From the NCBI GenBank assembly GCA_017531445.1, contig JAFXKZ010000001.1:68534-132533 (forward strand): a stretch of 64,000 bases of DNA, read 5' to 3'. Shown here in pieces: positions 37,128-47,261 of the stretch. A program made the translations under genes and the position numbers. Below the pieces are notes generated by a model that was given only the letters and a program-made list of their open reading frames with translations, ran no database searches and was not told the origin of the DNA. The DNA is from Kiritimatiellia bacterium. GTDB taxonomy: Bacteria; Verrucomicrobiota; Kiritimatiellia; RFP12; DVOR01. Position 1 is the stretch's first letter. Each line of letters begins with the position of its first letter.

Positions 37128-38941
37128 GAAAGCCCTTGAATAAACGCGGTGATCCGTTCACGGAGCGCATCATGATCTAATCTTCCCCATGTGCGCAACT
37201 CCGATGCGCTGCCTTGGGGCACAAACCTATCGCCCCAGCCGAGAATCAATACCGGCGCATCGTGTACCTCTGCTACGGCTGCTCCGAAGCCTCCTTGGGC
37301 GGCGGCATTCTCAAGGGTAATCAAGGGGCGGTGCTTCAACGCACAGAGGCATTCGGGAAGCGGCTTAATCTGTTCAACAGCGATACAGGGAAGCTGAAGC
37401 TCGTTTGCCAGTGGTGCAATCCAATCGACCGTATCGCCCAGTGCCAGAATAACAGGGGATGGCGTCTCTGCCGGGACGGGGGGCAAATCGGGAAGTGTCT
37501 CGTTTGCCCATCCTCTCGGATAGCGGATGACGGTTGGCCGGGTGTCGGTCAGTGTCTGTTGCAGGAGCCGCAGCAACCCTTCCCGTGAAGCCGGCGCATA
37601 GAAGGCAAGGTCGGGCAATGCCCGGAACATGGCGATATCGTACAATCCGTGATGCGTGGGGCCGTCAGCTCCAACGATCCCTGCGCGATCAAGGCACAAG
37701 GTGACCGGGAGTGAGGGGAGGCAGATGTCGTGCATCATGCAGTCTACGGCGCGTTGTGCAAACGTAGAGTAGAGCGCGACGTAGGGGCGATAGCCGGCCG
37801 CCGCCAGCCCCGCAGCAAAGGCCAGTGCGTGTTCTTCGCAAATGCCGACATCAAATGCACGGGAAGGAAATGCTTTGAAGAATGGCGCAAGCCCCGTGCC
37901 ATCACGCATGGCAGCGGTAATGGCAACCACCCGATCGTCCTTTTGTGCGAGTTCGCACAGAGCGGAGCCAAACGCATCCGACCAGGAACAGCGCGGTGAA
38001 GCGGAAGGTGGGAGCGGTTCAGCGACCTTCGCCCATGGCGAGACGCCATGCCATTTTGATGGATTACGTTCCGCAGGTTTGTATCCTTTCCCCTTGATGG
38101 TGGCAATATGCAGAGCCACCGGAACGTGCCCATCTGCTGCACTTTGGAGTGCTTCCAAAAGCGCAGGCAGATCGTGCCCGTCGATCGGACCGATATACCG
38201 CAAGCCCAATTCTTCAAAAATGGCAGAGCGATTGCGCAAGAGCAGCGGCTTGATCACGCGTTTCAGTGCCTGATAGAACGACTTGAGACCGCGTAAGCGC
38301 AAGCGGTGCCCGGTGGCTTCAGCCAGCGTGCGGATGCGGTTGTACCGCAGTCCGGCGATCTTGCGGGCAAACATCCGTGCGAATGCGCCTACATTTTGCG
38401 AGATGCTCATGCCGTTGTCATTGATAACAAGAATCAGACGCTCGGTGGTATGACGGACGGCGTTAAGTGCCTCAAGGGAAATGCCATTGGTAAGTGCAGC
38501 ATCCCCCACGATGGCAATGATATGTTCGTTGCCTTTGGCCAGGTCGCGGGCGGCGGCAAATCCAAGCGCGGTGGAAAGTGCCACGCCGGCGTGACCGCTA
38601 ACAGCGGCATCGTAGGGAGACTCTTCCGGTGCAGTGAACCCGCGCACCCCGTTGAATTGCCGGAGTTGCTCCATGGCTTTGTTGCGTCCGGTCAACATTT
38701 TCCAGGCGTAACTTTGGTGTCCGACATCCCAGATAATCTTATCTTCCGGCGGATTGAAAAGATGACACAGCGCGAGTGTTAATTCTACTGTTCCCAAACT
38801 GGAGGCCAAATGCCCTCCGGAGCGTGAGACGACATCAATCATCCGATGGCGGATCTCTGCCGCCAATTGGGCGAGTTCAGAGGCATTCAGCCGTTGGACA
38901 TCTGCCGGAGTGTGGATTGTTTCCAGAAGCGTAGAGGCCAT
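37118..38941 (-). CDS. dxs: 1-deoxy-D-xylulose-5-phosphate synthase
   Basis: GGHLASSLGTVELT, DVGHQSYAWKMLTGR, GDAALTNG, and transketolase-like C-terminal domains. Start at MASTLLETIHTPADV, just after the upstream stop. Confidence 0.92.
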   Translation of the reverse strand: MASTLLETIHTPADVQRLNASELAQLAAEIRHRMIDVVSRSGGHLASSLGTVELTLALCHLFNPPEDKIIWDVGHQSYAWKMLTGRNKAMEQLRQFNGVRGFTAPEESPYDAAVSGHAGVALSTALGFAAARDLAKGNEHIIAIVGDAALTNGISLEALNAVRHTTERLILVINDNGMSISQNVGAFARMFARKIAGLRYNRIRTLAEATGHRLRLRGLKSFYQALKRVIKPLLLRNRSAIFEELGLRYIGPIDGHDLPALLEALQSAADGHVPVALHIATIKGKGYKPAERNPSKWHGVSPWAKVAEPLPPSASPRCSWSDAFGSALCELAQKDDRVVAITAAMRDGTGLAPFFKAFPSRAFDVGICEEHALAFAAGLAAAGYRPYVALYSTFAQRAVDCMMHDICLPSLPVTLCLDRAGIVGADGPTHHGLYDIAMFRALPDLAFYAPASREGLLRLLQQTLTDTRPTVIRYPRGWANETLPDLPPVPAETPSPVILALGDTVDWIAPLANELQLPCIAVEQIKPLPECLCALKHRPLITLENAAAQGGFGAAVAEVHDAPVLILGWGDRFVPQGSASELRTWGRLDHDALRERITAFIQGLSCK

Positions 38942-38942
38942 A

Positions 38943-41096
38943 TCAACGGGAATAGTGTGCGCCAAAAATTTGCATGAACCGTGAACGGAGATCGCCATTG
39001 ACGTTGACAGGTTCGTCAGGGCCGCCGCGCAAATCGATGTAGTCAGAGAGAATGTTCAGTGCCTCGCGGAGCACGTAGTCATTTTCTGCTGTTGAACCAT
39101 TCTTATGCCCCAATCGGGATTCTTTCAGTGCATCCTCTTGAAGCTTTTCCACGGCGCGTTCGGCATTCATGCGTGTCCGGCGTTTCTCAATCTGCAACGG
39201 CACGGTTTGCTCGGCATTGACCTTACGGATGTGATTGATGAGTTGGAAAGCCGCAGTCGCCTGAGTATCTGCTTTCAAGCGAAGGTCGGAACGCTGTTTC
39301 AATTCTGCAAGATAAGGTTTGACATCTGAAGTCTTGGCATAGTAGGCCGGTTGAATGGTGGTGTAGGGCAATGCACCGGGAAGTTGATCTTCGCCAAGAT
39401 CGAGCGCATCATAAATGGAAGGAATGACAAAGTCCGGCGCAATCCCCCGCAATTGGGTTGTGCCACCGTTGATGCGATAAAAGCAGGCTGTGGTAATCTT
39501 ATTTGCGCCATAGGTTTTGGAATCGCCCAGAGCCTGCACGGTTTGGACGGTGCCTTTGCCGTGTGTTTTAGAATCACCGATGATGATGGCACGACCGTAA
39601 TCCTGCAAAGCAGAGGCAACGATTTCAGAGGCAGAGGCAGAGTTGCGGTTGGTCAGGACGACGATCGGCTTGCGGAAGGCGACACGGCCTTGCCCTGCCA
39701 AAACCTGGCTTCCTCTTTGATCCCGCACTTGAACGACCGGGCCGGTAACAAACAGCGCGGTCATGGAGAGAGCTTCGGCGAGTGAACCACCGCCATTGTT
39801 GCGCAGGTCGATCACGAGACCATCGATGTGTTCGGTGTTGAACTTTTGGAGATAGACCAGCAAATCGCGTGTCATTGAGGTGAGGTTGGTACCTTTTTCG
39901 CCACTGACTGCGCCGGCATAAAATGTGGGAATGCGGAGATAGCCGAGCTTGCGTTCATCGCCATCTTCCAGCTTCAGGCATTCAACGTGTCCGGTTACAG
40001 CCTGTTGGTCAAGGTGAATTTCATCGCGGACAAGATCGACAATCTTTGTACGCGTTCCGGTCTTGTCCGAAACCGGAATCACTTTCAGAGTGACTACCGT
40101 GCCTTTCGGGCCGCGGATTTTACGCACCGTCCGGCTGAGCGGTTTGTGGCGGACGTCTTCAATCGGTCCATCGCCTTGCCCCACGCCGATAATGCGGTCA
40201 CCTGCTTGCAGACGGATGTCGCGCGTATCGTTTGCCGCAGGCGCACCGGGCATCAATTCCGTAACGCGCACCATGCCGTCATCATACCGTAATGTTGCGC
40301 CGATGCCGCAAAGAGTCAGGTTCATATCCATGCTGAAGTCTTCAAAGTTCATTGGAGACATATAGTCGGTATGAGGGTCAAATGCCGTAGCAACGGCGGA
40401 AAGGATGTGTTGCAGCGCAGTTTCTGCTTCCATTTCGTTGTAGACGTCCCGGAGCGAACGGTAACGCTTGAGAATAATCTCTTCTACCGAAAGATTGGAA
40501 TTGTCATCCTCTGAATAGTCTTGTGTGGCTTCCTTTTGGGTTGTCGTTTCAGGCGAAGTCTCTGCTTCTTTTGCATCGAGCTCTTTCGAAAGCTTCAATG
40601 CGAGGTATTCATTTTTCAATGATGCATACCAAAGTGCCTTTTGCGCTTCACGGTTCGCCGGGCGCGGGGCTTTTTTGCGTTTCCATTGATAGTGTTCGTC
40701 AATGGTGAAGTCAAATGGCTCGGTCTGCCGGAGCGTTTTCTCTGCAAAGTCGCAGCGTTCGGCGATGCGTTCGCGGACAAGGTTGATCAAGTCATAGCCG
40801 AATTGCAACTCGCCTTTAGCGACAAGGTCGTCCAGTTTTGTCTTCAAAGGTTCGAGTGTTTTCAGATCTTCTTGAGTCAGCAACGTGTGATCATAGTCCA
40901 GTGTTTCAATCAGGTTTGTCCATGCAACGCCGGAAAGACGATCGTTCAGCACCTCGCCGGAGAGATGGGTGATGTTGAGTTCCCGCACCATGCGCTGTGC
41001 AATCAGAGGGTAATTATCCTGCGGTTGCAGTTTTGCGAATGCGAAGGTCGGCAGGAGAAGATGGAGACAGATAGTAAAGAGTAGTGTCTTCTTCAT
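38943..41096 (-). CDS. carboxy-terminal processing (S41, Tsp/Prc-like) protease with PDZ domain
   Basis: Signal peptide MKKTLLFTICLHLLLPTFAFA, a PDZ-like region, and the S41 catalytic region NRNSASASEIVASALQDYGRAIIIGDSKTHGKG. Confidence 0.85.
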   Translation of the reverse strand: MKKTLLFTICLHLLLPTFAFAKLQPQDNYPLIAQRMVRELNITHLSGEVLNDRLSGVAWTNLIETLDYDHTLLTQEDLKTLEPLKTKLDDLVAKGELQFGYDLINLVRERIAERCDFAEKTLRQTEPFDFTIDEHYQWKRKKAPRPANREAQKALWYASLKNEYLALKLSKELDAKEAETSPETTTQKEATQDYSEDDNSNLSVEEIILKRYRSLRDVYNEMEAETALQHILSAVATAFDPHTDYMSPMNFEDFSMDMNLTLCGIGATLRYDDGMVRVTELMPGAPAANDTRDIRLQAGDRIIGVGQGDGPIEDVRHKPLSRTVRKIRGPKGTVVTLKVIPVSDKTGTRTKIVDLVRDEIHLDQQAVTGHVECLKLEDGDERKLGYLRIPTFYAGAVSGEKGTNLTSMTRDLLVYLQKFNTEHIDGLVIDLRNNGGGSLAEALSMTALFVTGPVVQVRDQRGSQVLAGQGRVAFRKPIVVLTNRNSASASEIVASALQDYGRAIIIGDSKTHGKGTVQTVQALGDSKTYGANKITTACFYRINGGTTQLRGIAPDFVIPSIYDALDLGEDQLPGALPYTTIQPAYYAKTSDVKPYLAELKQRSDLRLKADTQATAAFQLINHIRKVNAEQTVPLQIEKRRTRMNAERAVEKLQEDALKESRLGHKNGSTAENDYVLREALNILSDYIDLRGGPDEPVNVNGDLRSRFMQIFGAHYSR

Positions 41097-41171
41097 ATAG
41101 TGTTCTCTTGAGAAGCTTTTGTTAAATAAGTGGGATCGTTGAGACGTCCTTGGGTTGGGGCTGCCAATGGA

Positions 41172-41885
41172 TTACAACCCTTTGGTCACAGAGAGTGTAC
41201 TCAGGTGAGCGACAATGGCAGCAATTTTTACCGTGTCCAGCGTTGCAGGCGCAGATGACAGTTGATCGGCAAGGTCAAGATATGAGCAAATGGCGACTTC
41301 GTCCAGTTGTTGAGGTGAAGACTGAAATTGGGGTCCAGCAAAACACAAAATGCCACGGACGCTGTTGGAAGCGGGCGGTAAGCATTGCTGAACGGCAGCA
41401 GAGAGCGTCCGCACTTGTGCGATAGGCGATTTGGAAAGCGGGCGGCCATTGGCAAGCAGTTTCCCGGAGTCGATGGAGACGGAGCCGAACCAGTGCTTTG
41501 TTTCAATCACAAAGACGCCTTGCGGCCCAACGGCAACATGATCGGCATCGCGTCCATCCGGGAGAATCAATCCGTTAAAGATTGTCCATGAAGCCGGAAG
41601 TCGCGCAAGTTCGCTTGCCACCATCTCCTCTCCACGGGCACCCTTAAAGTAACCGTAAACCAAGGAAGAATGATAGAACTTGAAGAAAAAGAGGTTTGCG
41701 AATGCGACCAGGAACATCAGCAGGCCTGTCCACCATGGTAAGACTTGCGTGCCTCCAAGGAGCACACCGGCCGCAAACCCAAAGAGTATTCCAAAGACAA
41801 GCATGGGAACTAAGATACGGCGCAGACCGCGTTTGCGGGCGGAGTCGCCGGGATTGCCTCGCATGGTAGCACGTGCTTCTGTCAT
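41172..41885 (-). CDS. membrane-anchored NERD (nuclease-related) domain protein
   Basis: Two N-terminal TM helices, then GARGEEMVASELARL...DHVAVGPQGVFVIETKHWFG (NERD signature). Confidence 0.7.
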   Translation of the reverse strand: MTEARATMRGNPGDSARKRGLRRILVPMLVFGILFGFAAGVLLGGTQVLPWWTGLLMFLVAFANLFFFKFYHSSLVYGYFKGARGEEMVASELARLPASWTIFNGLILPDGRDADHVAVGPQGVFVIETKHWFGSVSIDSGKLLANGRPLSKSPIAQVRTLSAAVQQCLPPASNSVRGILCFAGPQFQSSPQQLDEVAICSYLDLADQLSSAPATLDTVKIAAIVAHLSTLSVTKGL

Positions 41886-41896
41886 AAGAAAAAGCC

Positions 41897-43009
41897 TTAA
41901 CGTAACTTTTTGAAGAGAATAAACGCGGATGCCCCAAAGATGATAGAGGGAAGCATTACCGCAAGAGCGGGTTTAATCCACCCATTGTTTGAGAGCATCA
42001 TCGCCAGTGCTGTGATTGCGTAATACATCAGGAACATCCCAAGGGCGAGCAGGATGCCCTTGAAGACGGACTGACGTCCGGAAGCGATGCCTGCCGGAAT
42101 CGCGAACAAGGTGACCAAAATGATTGAGAATGGTGCTGCGTAATGATTATAGGTCGCATAGGAGTCTTCATGCTTTTGACGCCGCGTCAAGCCGGTGTAG
42201 TTCCGTTCTTTACGGTTGATACGTCTGTCTGCGGCAGAAGCGAATTCCGCATCGGAGTTTTGGACAACGATTTGTCGGGGTGAGATGTTTACGTTGTAGA
42301 GTTGCTTTACCGTGAAGTGCGAAGCAACCCCTTCAGGCGGTTCAATAATCTCGTCAAGTTCATTGTAGTAAGTCGCTTTAACGCCGCCCTGCAACCACCA
42401 CTCTTGATCCAACCACCGGGCTTCCGGCGCACTGTAACTTACGGATTGCGATCCATCCTCGCGGAAGAATGTAACGCGAACATCATGGAGTGTCTCCGGT
42501 GCCGAGGGGTCAAATTCCCCAATGACGATGCGAAAGCGTCCCATTGGTTCAAAGTAAGCTCTTCCTTTCAGGGGGTCTCTTCCTGTAGCCCGGAAGTCGG
42601 AGTTCTTGATAATCATTGCGCGCGCTGCGGCTTCTGGCTTGATGTATTCGGTATTGAAGAATGAGAATGCTGCCGCCAGAATCGCAGTTAAGACAATAGG
42701 AGCTGTGATGGTCATCATTCCGATGCCTCCGGCACGCATGGCAATCAGTTCGCTATGACGGCAGAATTGCCACATGGTGTAGAGAGTGGAGAGCAGGAAG
42801 ACGGCCGGTAACAACCATTCCAAGTACATGGAAAGCGTCCCGCCGATGAAATCCATAGCTACTGTGAATGTGACAGCTGATTTAGGGTCGAAGCAGGCTC
42901 CGATGAGGTCAAAACTCATGAATAGCAATGTGAGCGAGCAAAGCCCGAGGAAGCACATTGTTGCCGGAATAGCGAAGCTGCAGAGGATATAACGGAAGAG
43001 AATGCTCAT
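41897..43009 (-). CDS. LptF/LptG-family LPS export permease (YjgP/YjgQ)
   Basis: MSILFRYILCSF... start with a 6-TM plus periplasmic-domain architecture typical of LptF/G. Confidence 0.75.
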   Translation of the reverse strand: MSILFRYILCSFAIPATMCFLGLCSLTLLFMSFDLIGACFDPKSAVTFTVAMDFIGGTLSMYLEWLLPAVFLLSTLYTMWQFCRHSELIAMRAGGIGMMTITAPIVLTAILAAAFSFFNTEYIKPEAAARAMIIKNSDFRATGRDPLKGRAYFEPMGRFRIVIGEFDPSAPETLHDVRVTFFREDGSQSVSYSAPEARWLDQEWWLQGGVKATYYNELDEIIEPPEGVASHFTVKQLYNVNISPRQIVVQNSDAEFASAADRRINRKERNYTGLTRRQKHEDSYATYNHYAAPFSIILVTLFAIPAGIASGRQSVFKGILLALGMFLMYYAITALAMMLSNNGWIKPALAVMLPSIIFGASAFILFKKLR

Positions 43010-43557
43010 TGACCAACGACCTTTTCAAATTGAGTAAGCGCGATAAGGCAGAGAGTGCCTGCTGTGATGAGAGCGACTGCAAACGCCGTCCGAAGCGGTT
43101 GCTTTTCGGCGAGGATTTCACTTGCGATGCGTACACGCCATGGATGAAAGGCGGCAAACATTCCCAGTGTCAAGCTGATGTAACCGATGGTAATCGGAAT
43201 CAATCTCCAAGCGGTCAGATAGTCGCGTGTCAGTAAGATGATCGGCATGGGCCATAACATAAGCAGCCCCCCAAATGCTCGTGCACAGAGGAGGTTTTGC
43301 AGGAATATGCAAATGGCTGATGTGAGCAAGATGCCAGAGATGAAGAGCCGGGTGGGTGTGATAAAGGCCAGGAAATCAATCGGATGATAATACAGGGAAA
43401 CTGTCACCCATGCCATGCAGACGCAGGTGAGCAAGATGCCCCCGATGCGACTTCTCGGGAAGCGGAGGATTGCCTTCGGTGCGCAAGGCAACAAGCAAAA
43501 AGCACCACAGAGAAGAAGAAGAACGGCAAGGAGTGATACGCCAAGATGCGCAGTCAT
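43006..43557 (-). CDS. hypothetical polytopic membrane protein
   Basis: 183 aa, about 5-6 hydrophobic segments. 4-nt overlaps with both neighbours suggest an operon. No motif recognised. Confidence 0.5.
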   Translation of the reverse strand: MTAHLGVSLLAVLLLLCGAFCLLPCAPKAILRFPRSRIGGILLTCVCMAWVTVSLYYHPIDFLAFITPTRLFISGILLTSAICIFLQNLLCARAFGGLLMLWPMPIILLTRDYLTAWRLIPITIGYISLTLGMFAAFHPWRVRIASEILAEKQPLRTAFAVALITAGTLCLIALTQFEKVVGQ

Positions 43558-44726
43558 GATGACAAACCCTCCGCTCGTTGTTCAGAGTCTGTTGGCTGAG
43601 AAACGAAACGCTCTGTCGAAGCGCGCCATTCATCCCAGGATGCTTTCACAAATGCTGTAAGCGGAATAGCAAGCAACAATCCCAAGAATCCTCCGATCTG
43701 TGTCCAGAAGAGGAGCGCAAAGACGATTTGCCAGGCCGACAGTTTCATGCGGTCGCCTTGGATATAGGGTTGCATGATGTAACCATCAAACGTTTGAATG
43801 ACGCAGAAGACGAAGAAGATGCCGCAGGTGTACATGAATCCGGCATGGAAGAAGGCCACCGGCAATGCAATGCAAAGTCCTGTGATTACGCCGAGGTAGG
43901 GGATGAGGTTCAATAAACCAAGGACAAACCCGATGATAAACCCGTTCGGCAGTCTGAAGAGTTGAAACGTGAGGCCATATAAAACACCTTGGATCGTGAC
44001 ATCAATGATTTGGCCCCGGAAATAAGAGACGATAATCTCATTGAAGTTTTGGAAGTAACGCGCAGTCGCAATGCGACCGCTGTCGCTGATAAACGGGAGC
44101 CGTTTGGCAAAGGCCTCTCCTGTCAGCGGTTCTTTCATTACGAAAATAATCCAATAAAAGAATGTCAGCAACCAGAGCAATGCAGCCGACCCGGCGGAAA
44201 ATACTGCTCCTCCCATGTGGACGCCTTTGCCTGCAACATCAATCAATTTTGACCAGGAAAGTGAACCGTCCGGGGCCTGCACATTGGTCAAGTTCGGGAT
44301 AATGCTTTTGACAATCTCTGTAGCATCCGGGAATGCGGTTGCGATGCATTGCTGTGTTTCCGTTACGATTTTTGGCAACGCTTGTGCCAGATTGTTGCCT
44401 TGCTGGATAATGAACGCGCCAAAAAACCAGCACAGAAGGAATAACGGAATGAGGAATGAAAGCGAAAACAGGAGCACGGTCGGAATGGTGCGTCCTTTGA
44501 ACCATGCTTGAAGCCGGGCATACCATGGCCGCGTCAGCAGACTTAAGAAGAATGCAACAATAATGGGGCCGATGATGTTCAGAAGGTAGTTCAAACTGAA
44601 CAGGAGCCCAAACAGGATGAACCCCACACCAACAACAAAGACGGCGATGCACAACAGCGTTAATGAGGAGGTAATAATCCTGTTCTGTGCGGCGGAAAAA
44701 GTGAGCATCTTACGTGGTTCTTCCAT
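43554..44726 (-). CDS. AI-2E family transporter (PerM-like)
   Basis: 390 aa, 8-TM-like. LIPYLG and other features characteristic of PF01594 as recalled. Confidence 0.7.
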   Translation of the reverse strand: MEEPRKMLTFSAAQNRIITSSLTLLCIAVFVVGVGFILFGLLFSLNYLLNIIGPIIVAFFLSLLTRPWYARLQAWFKGRTIPTVLLFSLSFLIPLFLLCWFFGAFIIQQGNNLAQALPKIVTETQQCIATAFPDATEIVKSIIPNLTNVQAPDGSLSWSKLIDVAGKGVHMGGAVFSAGSAALLWLLTFFYWIIFVMKEPLTGEAFAKRLPFISDSGRIATARYFQNFNEIIVSYFRGQIIDVTIQGVLYGLTFQLFRLPNGFIIGFVLGLLNLIPYLGVITGLCIALPVAFFHAGFMYTCGIFFVFCVIQTFDGYIMQPYIQGDRMKLSAWQIVFALLFWTQIGGFLGLLLAIPLTAFVKASWDEWRASTERFVSQPTDSEQRAEGLSS

Positions 44727-45511
44727 CAGTTAAGCTCCTTGACAGAAAAGGCTTCGGATTGAATCGTTGCAATGATCAATTTCGTTACACGGCGCATACC
44801 TTCGCGCTGAATGCGGAATTCACGCGGCACCCAGCGTCCTTCTTCGCGTCCGATACGCTGCACCCACATACGGCGGACTGCGCGCTGATGTGCATCGGTC
44901 TGCTCGGTTTGGACGAGATACCCTGTGGAGATGTCGATCCACAACAGCACCGAGTGCAGACCAATGGTGCCCTTGGGCGGGAAGGCTTCCAATACAACGC
45001 AGTTGCGTCCGCCCTGCCGTGCTTTGAGTGCCCGCGCTTCAAGTGCCGCTTCCGACAGTTGTTGAACATTTGTCCACCAAAGATAATTGAACGTCAGATC
45101 CATCCACGTTAAATCGGTGTCTGCAACAGGCGTATTCAAACGGACGTCCTCGTTCTGCACGCCTTCGGCATTGAAGAGTGTAAGGTGCGTGATGCCGTTT
45201 TCACGTTTGAGAAGCGCACGTTGAACCGGCGATTGCCTGCCGGCATCATCAAAGATGGCACACGTTGCCGAGGGGGAACCCTGATGCCAGTTGAGCGAGA
45301 GCGTATAAGGACGGATTACAGCGTTCAGCCCCCGCGCTTCTGCCGTTTCGAGTGTGCCGGTGACCTGGAGCTGTTCTTGCGGGAACATACTGCGGGCCTG
45401 CACGAGGATCATCAGCGGTGACAATCCTTCAATCGCGCTTTCTGCTTTGAGCGTGGCAGCGGACAACATGAACATGAGCAGGCCGCAAAGGCAGAGGCTT
45501 AAGTGTTTCAT
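44726..45511 (-). CDS. LolA-like outer-membrane lipoprotein-sorting family protein
   Basis: Signal peptide MKHLSLCLCGLLMFMLSAATLKA. The pattern TDLTWMDLTF...CVVLEAFPP...LLWIDISTGYLVQTE resembles the LolA_like (PF17131) family. The call is tentative. Confidence 0.45.
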   Translation of the reverse strand: MKHLSLCLCGLLMFMLSAATLKAESAIEGLSPLMILVQARSMFPQEQLQVTGTLETAEARGLNAVIRPYTLSLNWHQGSPSATCAIFDDAGRQSPVQRALLKRENGITHLTLFNAEGVQNEDVRLNTPVADTDLTWMDLTFNYLWWTNVQQLSEAALEARALKARQGGRNCVVLEAFPPKGTIGLHSVLLWIDISTGYLVQTEQTDAHQRAVRRMWVQRIGREEGRWVPREFRIQREGMRRVTKLIIATIQSEAFSVKELN

Positions 45512-46635
45512 TTCAAATCAATCCATTTCATAAAGTCACCGGCAAAGACGAGCTGCCCCAGAGGACGCAACCATAATGCTCGCAGAATATCCAGACGGAA
45601 CGCGCGCTCGTGCCATGCATCCCTGAAGCGTGCAGGAAGTGCTTGCAAGGCGTCTGTCGGACAATCTGTCAAGTGCAATTCCCTTTCGCATACATCGTCA
45701 CGGACATTGTCAAAACAATGCCCGAAAGCATAGGGTTCGCCCTTCGCCGGAGGAATGATACCACAACTGCGTCCAAGCCAATAGTCGGAAAGCAGATTAA
45801 GGGCTTCTTCTTCCGTAATCAAACACGCATAATTGCAGAAACTGCGCATCCGGTTGAGCGATTCATACAGCAAAATAGGGGAATCATACTTCATGCACTG
45901 CCGGATGCGCATTTCCTGATGTGCGACGCATTTCAGAAACGCAACGGCCGATGCTGTAATCGCTTCCGGTGTTTGCGTCAAAGCAAACGTGTTGGTAAAC
46001 TGAAACAGATTGCCGGGAGGAAGCCCTCGTTCAAGGTCGTTGGCACACGTCATGCCCTGTGCGTGTGCAAAGTTGCAGAGCCCCTCCAAATAATCATGCG
46101 CAGTGAGTCCGGGGAGGTGAGCCCGGCAATGAATCGAAAACCCAGCACCTGCGAGATCGGGATTTGCCGTGAGATAACCGAATTGATCGTCATAGGCAAA
46201 ATGAAAACAGTTCTCCAATTGCAGGAGCAACTGTTGCAATTTTTGGAGGATGGGTAGGTCTTCAACACTGTGCAAGCAGAGGGAAAAGCGGAAATGATCC
46301 TGTTGCATCAATTCACACCAGACGAAGTAACTTCTGCCTTGCCATTCAAGGCGGCGGCGCAACAGAAAAGCGTCTATGGGGCGTTTTTGCGGCAGCGCGT
46401 GTGCGCAGGGTGCGAAGAGGAGGTCGGTCTGTACCGACAGTTCATCGACTTTTTCAAAGCCGAATTGGTGTATAAGGTCACTCGCCCACCGAAGCGCAAT
46501 GCCTTCTGCCGATCCACCTTCTGAAAGTTTCGCTGCAAATGGATACTCGTGGAGATTCCGGCAGAAGACCAATTGCAGTTTGTGGCAAATGGTATCAACC
46601 GAAGCTTCGGGAGTCGCGTCATGTAAGTTGCTCAT
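45508..46635 (-). CDS. McsB-like ATP:guanidino phosphotransferase homolog with degenerate signature motifs
   Basis: Collinear with B. subtilis McsB as recalled (DHFRFSLCL, FGYLTANPDLAGAGFSIHCRAHLPGL, GNLFQFTN), but NEEDH is MQQDH and CPTNVGTGLRA is NPDLAGAGFSI. Adjacent to mcsA. Confidence 0.65.
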   Translation of the reverse strand: MSNLHDATPEASVDTICHKLQLVFCRNLHEYPFAAKLSEGGSAEGIALRWASDLIHQFGFEKVDELSVQTDLLFAPCAHALPQKRPIDAFLLRRRLEWQGRSYFVWCELMQQDHFRFSLCLHSVEDLPILQKLQQLLLQLENCFHFAYDDQFGYLTANPDLAGAGFSIHCRAHLPGLTAHDYLEGLCNFAHAQGMTCANDLERGLPPGNLFQFTNTFALTQTPEAITASAVAFLKCVAHQEMRIRQCMKYDSPILLYESLNRMRSFCNYACLITEEEALNLLSDYWLGRSCGIIPPAKGEPYAFGHCFDNVRDDVCERELHLTDCPTDALQALPARFRDAWHERAFRLDILRALWLRPLGQLVFAGDFMKWIDLK

Positions 46636-47245
46636 CGTCCTCCCCTAACTGATGTTCCGTGGCTTCGAGTGTTGCCGTGAGTGCTGAAATGGCCGCTTTA
46701 AGTTGCTTGGCTTTGTTGAAATCCTCGGTTGCCAAAGCCTCGTTGAATGCTTGCTTCAAGCGGTTGAGCTCCAACAGTTTTTGCTTTCTGGGCGGAGGCG
46801 GTGTGCAGGTCGCCGCTTTCCCCTGTTGTTCAGTGAACATTTCCGCGAAGGCATCCCGGAAAGTGCTGTAGCACTCCGGGCAGCCGGCAGTGTGTGAAGT
46901 GCTGATTTCCCGGAACGTCATTCCGCACTTGGGGCATTCTGGGGACTCATCGCATTCCTCTGGTGTGGGGTGGGGGCGGGTTGAATTTACCCCGAAGAAA
47001 TCGCGCATCGTTTTGAGCAACTCTTCGGAGAGCTGCGAGAGGCCCGGGAGCTCTTTGGCGGGCGGAGTAAGGGTGTGGCTTTCCGGAGCCTCCATTGCGG
47101 CTACCTGAATCCCGTGGGGCTGCAAAAAGGCGCGTTCACGATTGAAGCAGGCGTGGCAAACGTAGAGCTCTTCCTTACCTCCCGCCGGAGTTGGGCGGAA
47201 GAAGACGGTTTCGGCATCATTTTTGTTGCACAATTCGCACTTCAT
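46619..47245 (-). CDS. mcsA: McsA-like zinc-finger / UVR-domain protein
   Basis: MKCELCNKNDAE...YVCHAC, CPKCGMTF...GCPECYSTF, C-terminal UVR motif (ALATEDFNKAKQLKAAISAL). Start at internal Met (47245). Confidence 0.75.
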   Translation of the reverse strand: MKCELCNKNDAETVFFRPTPAGGKEELYVCHACFNRERAFLQPHGIQVAAMEAPESHTLTPPAKELPGLSQLSEELLKTMRDFFGVNSTRPHPTPEECDESPECPKCGMTFREISTSHTAGCPECYSTFRDAFAEMFTEQQGKAATCTPPPPRKQKLLELNRLKQAFNEALATEDFNKAKQLKAAISALTATLEATEHQLGEDDEQLT

Positions 47246-47261
47246 CGCGGGGATTCCTGAT

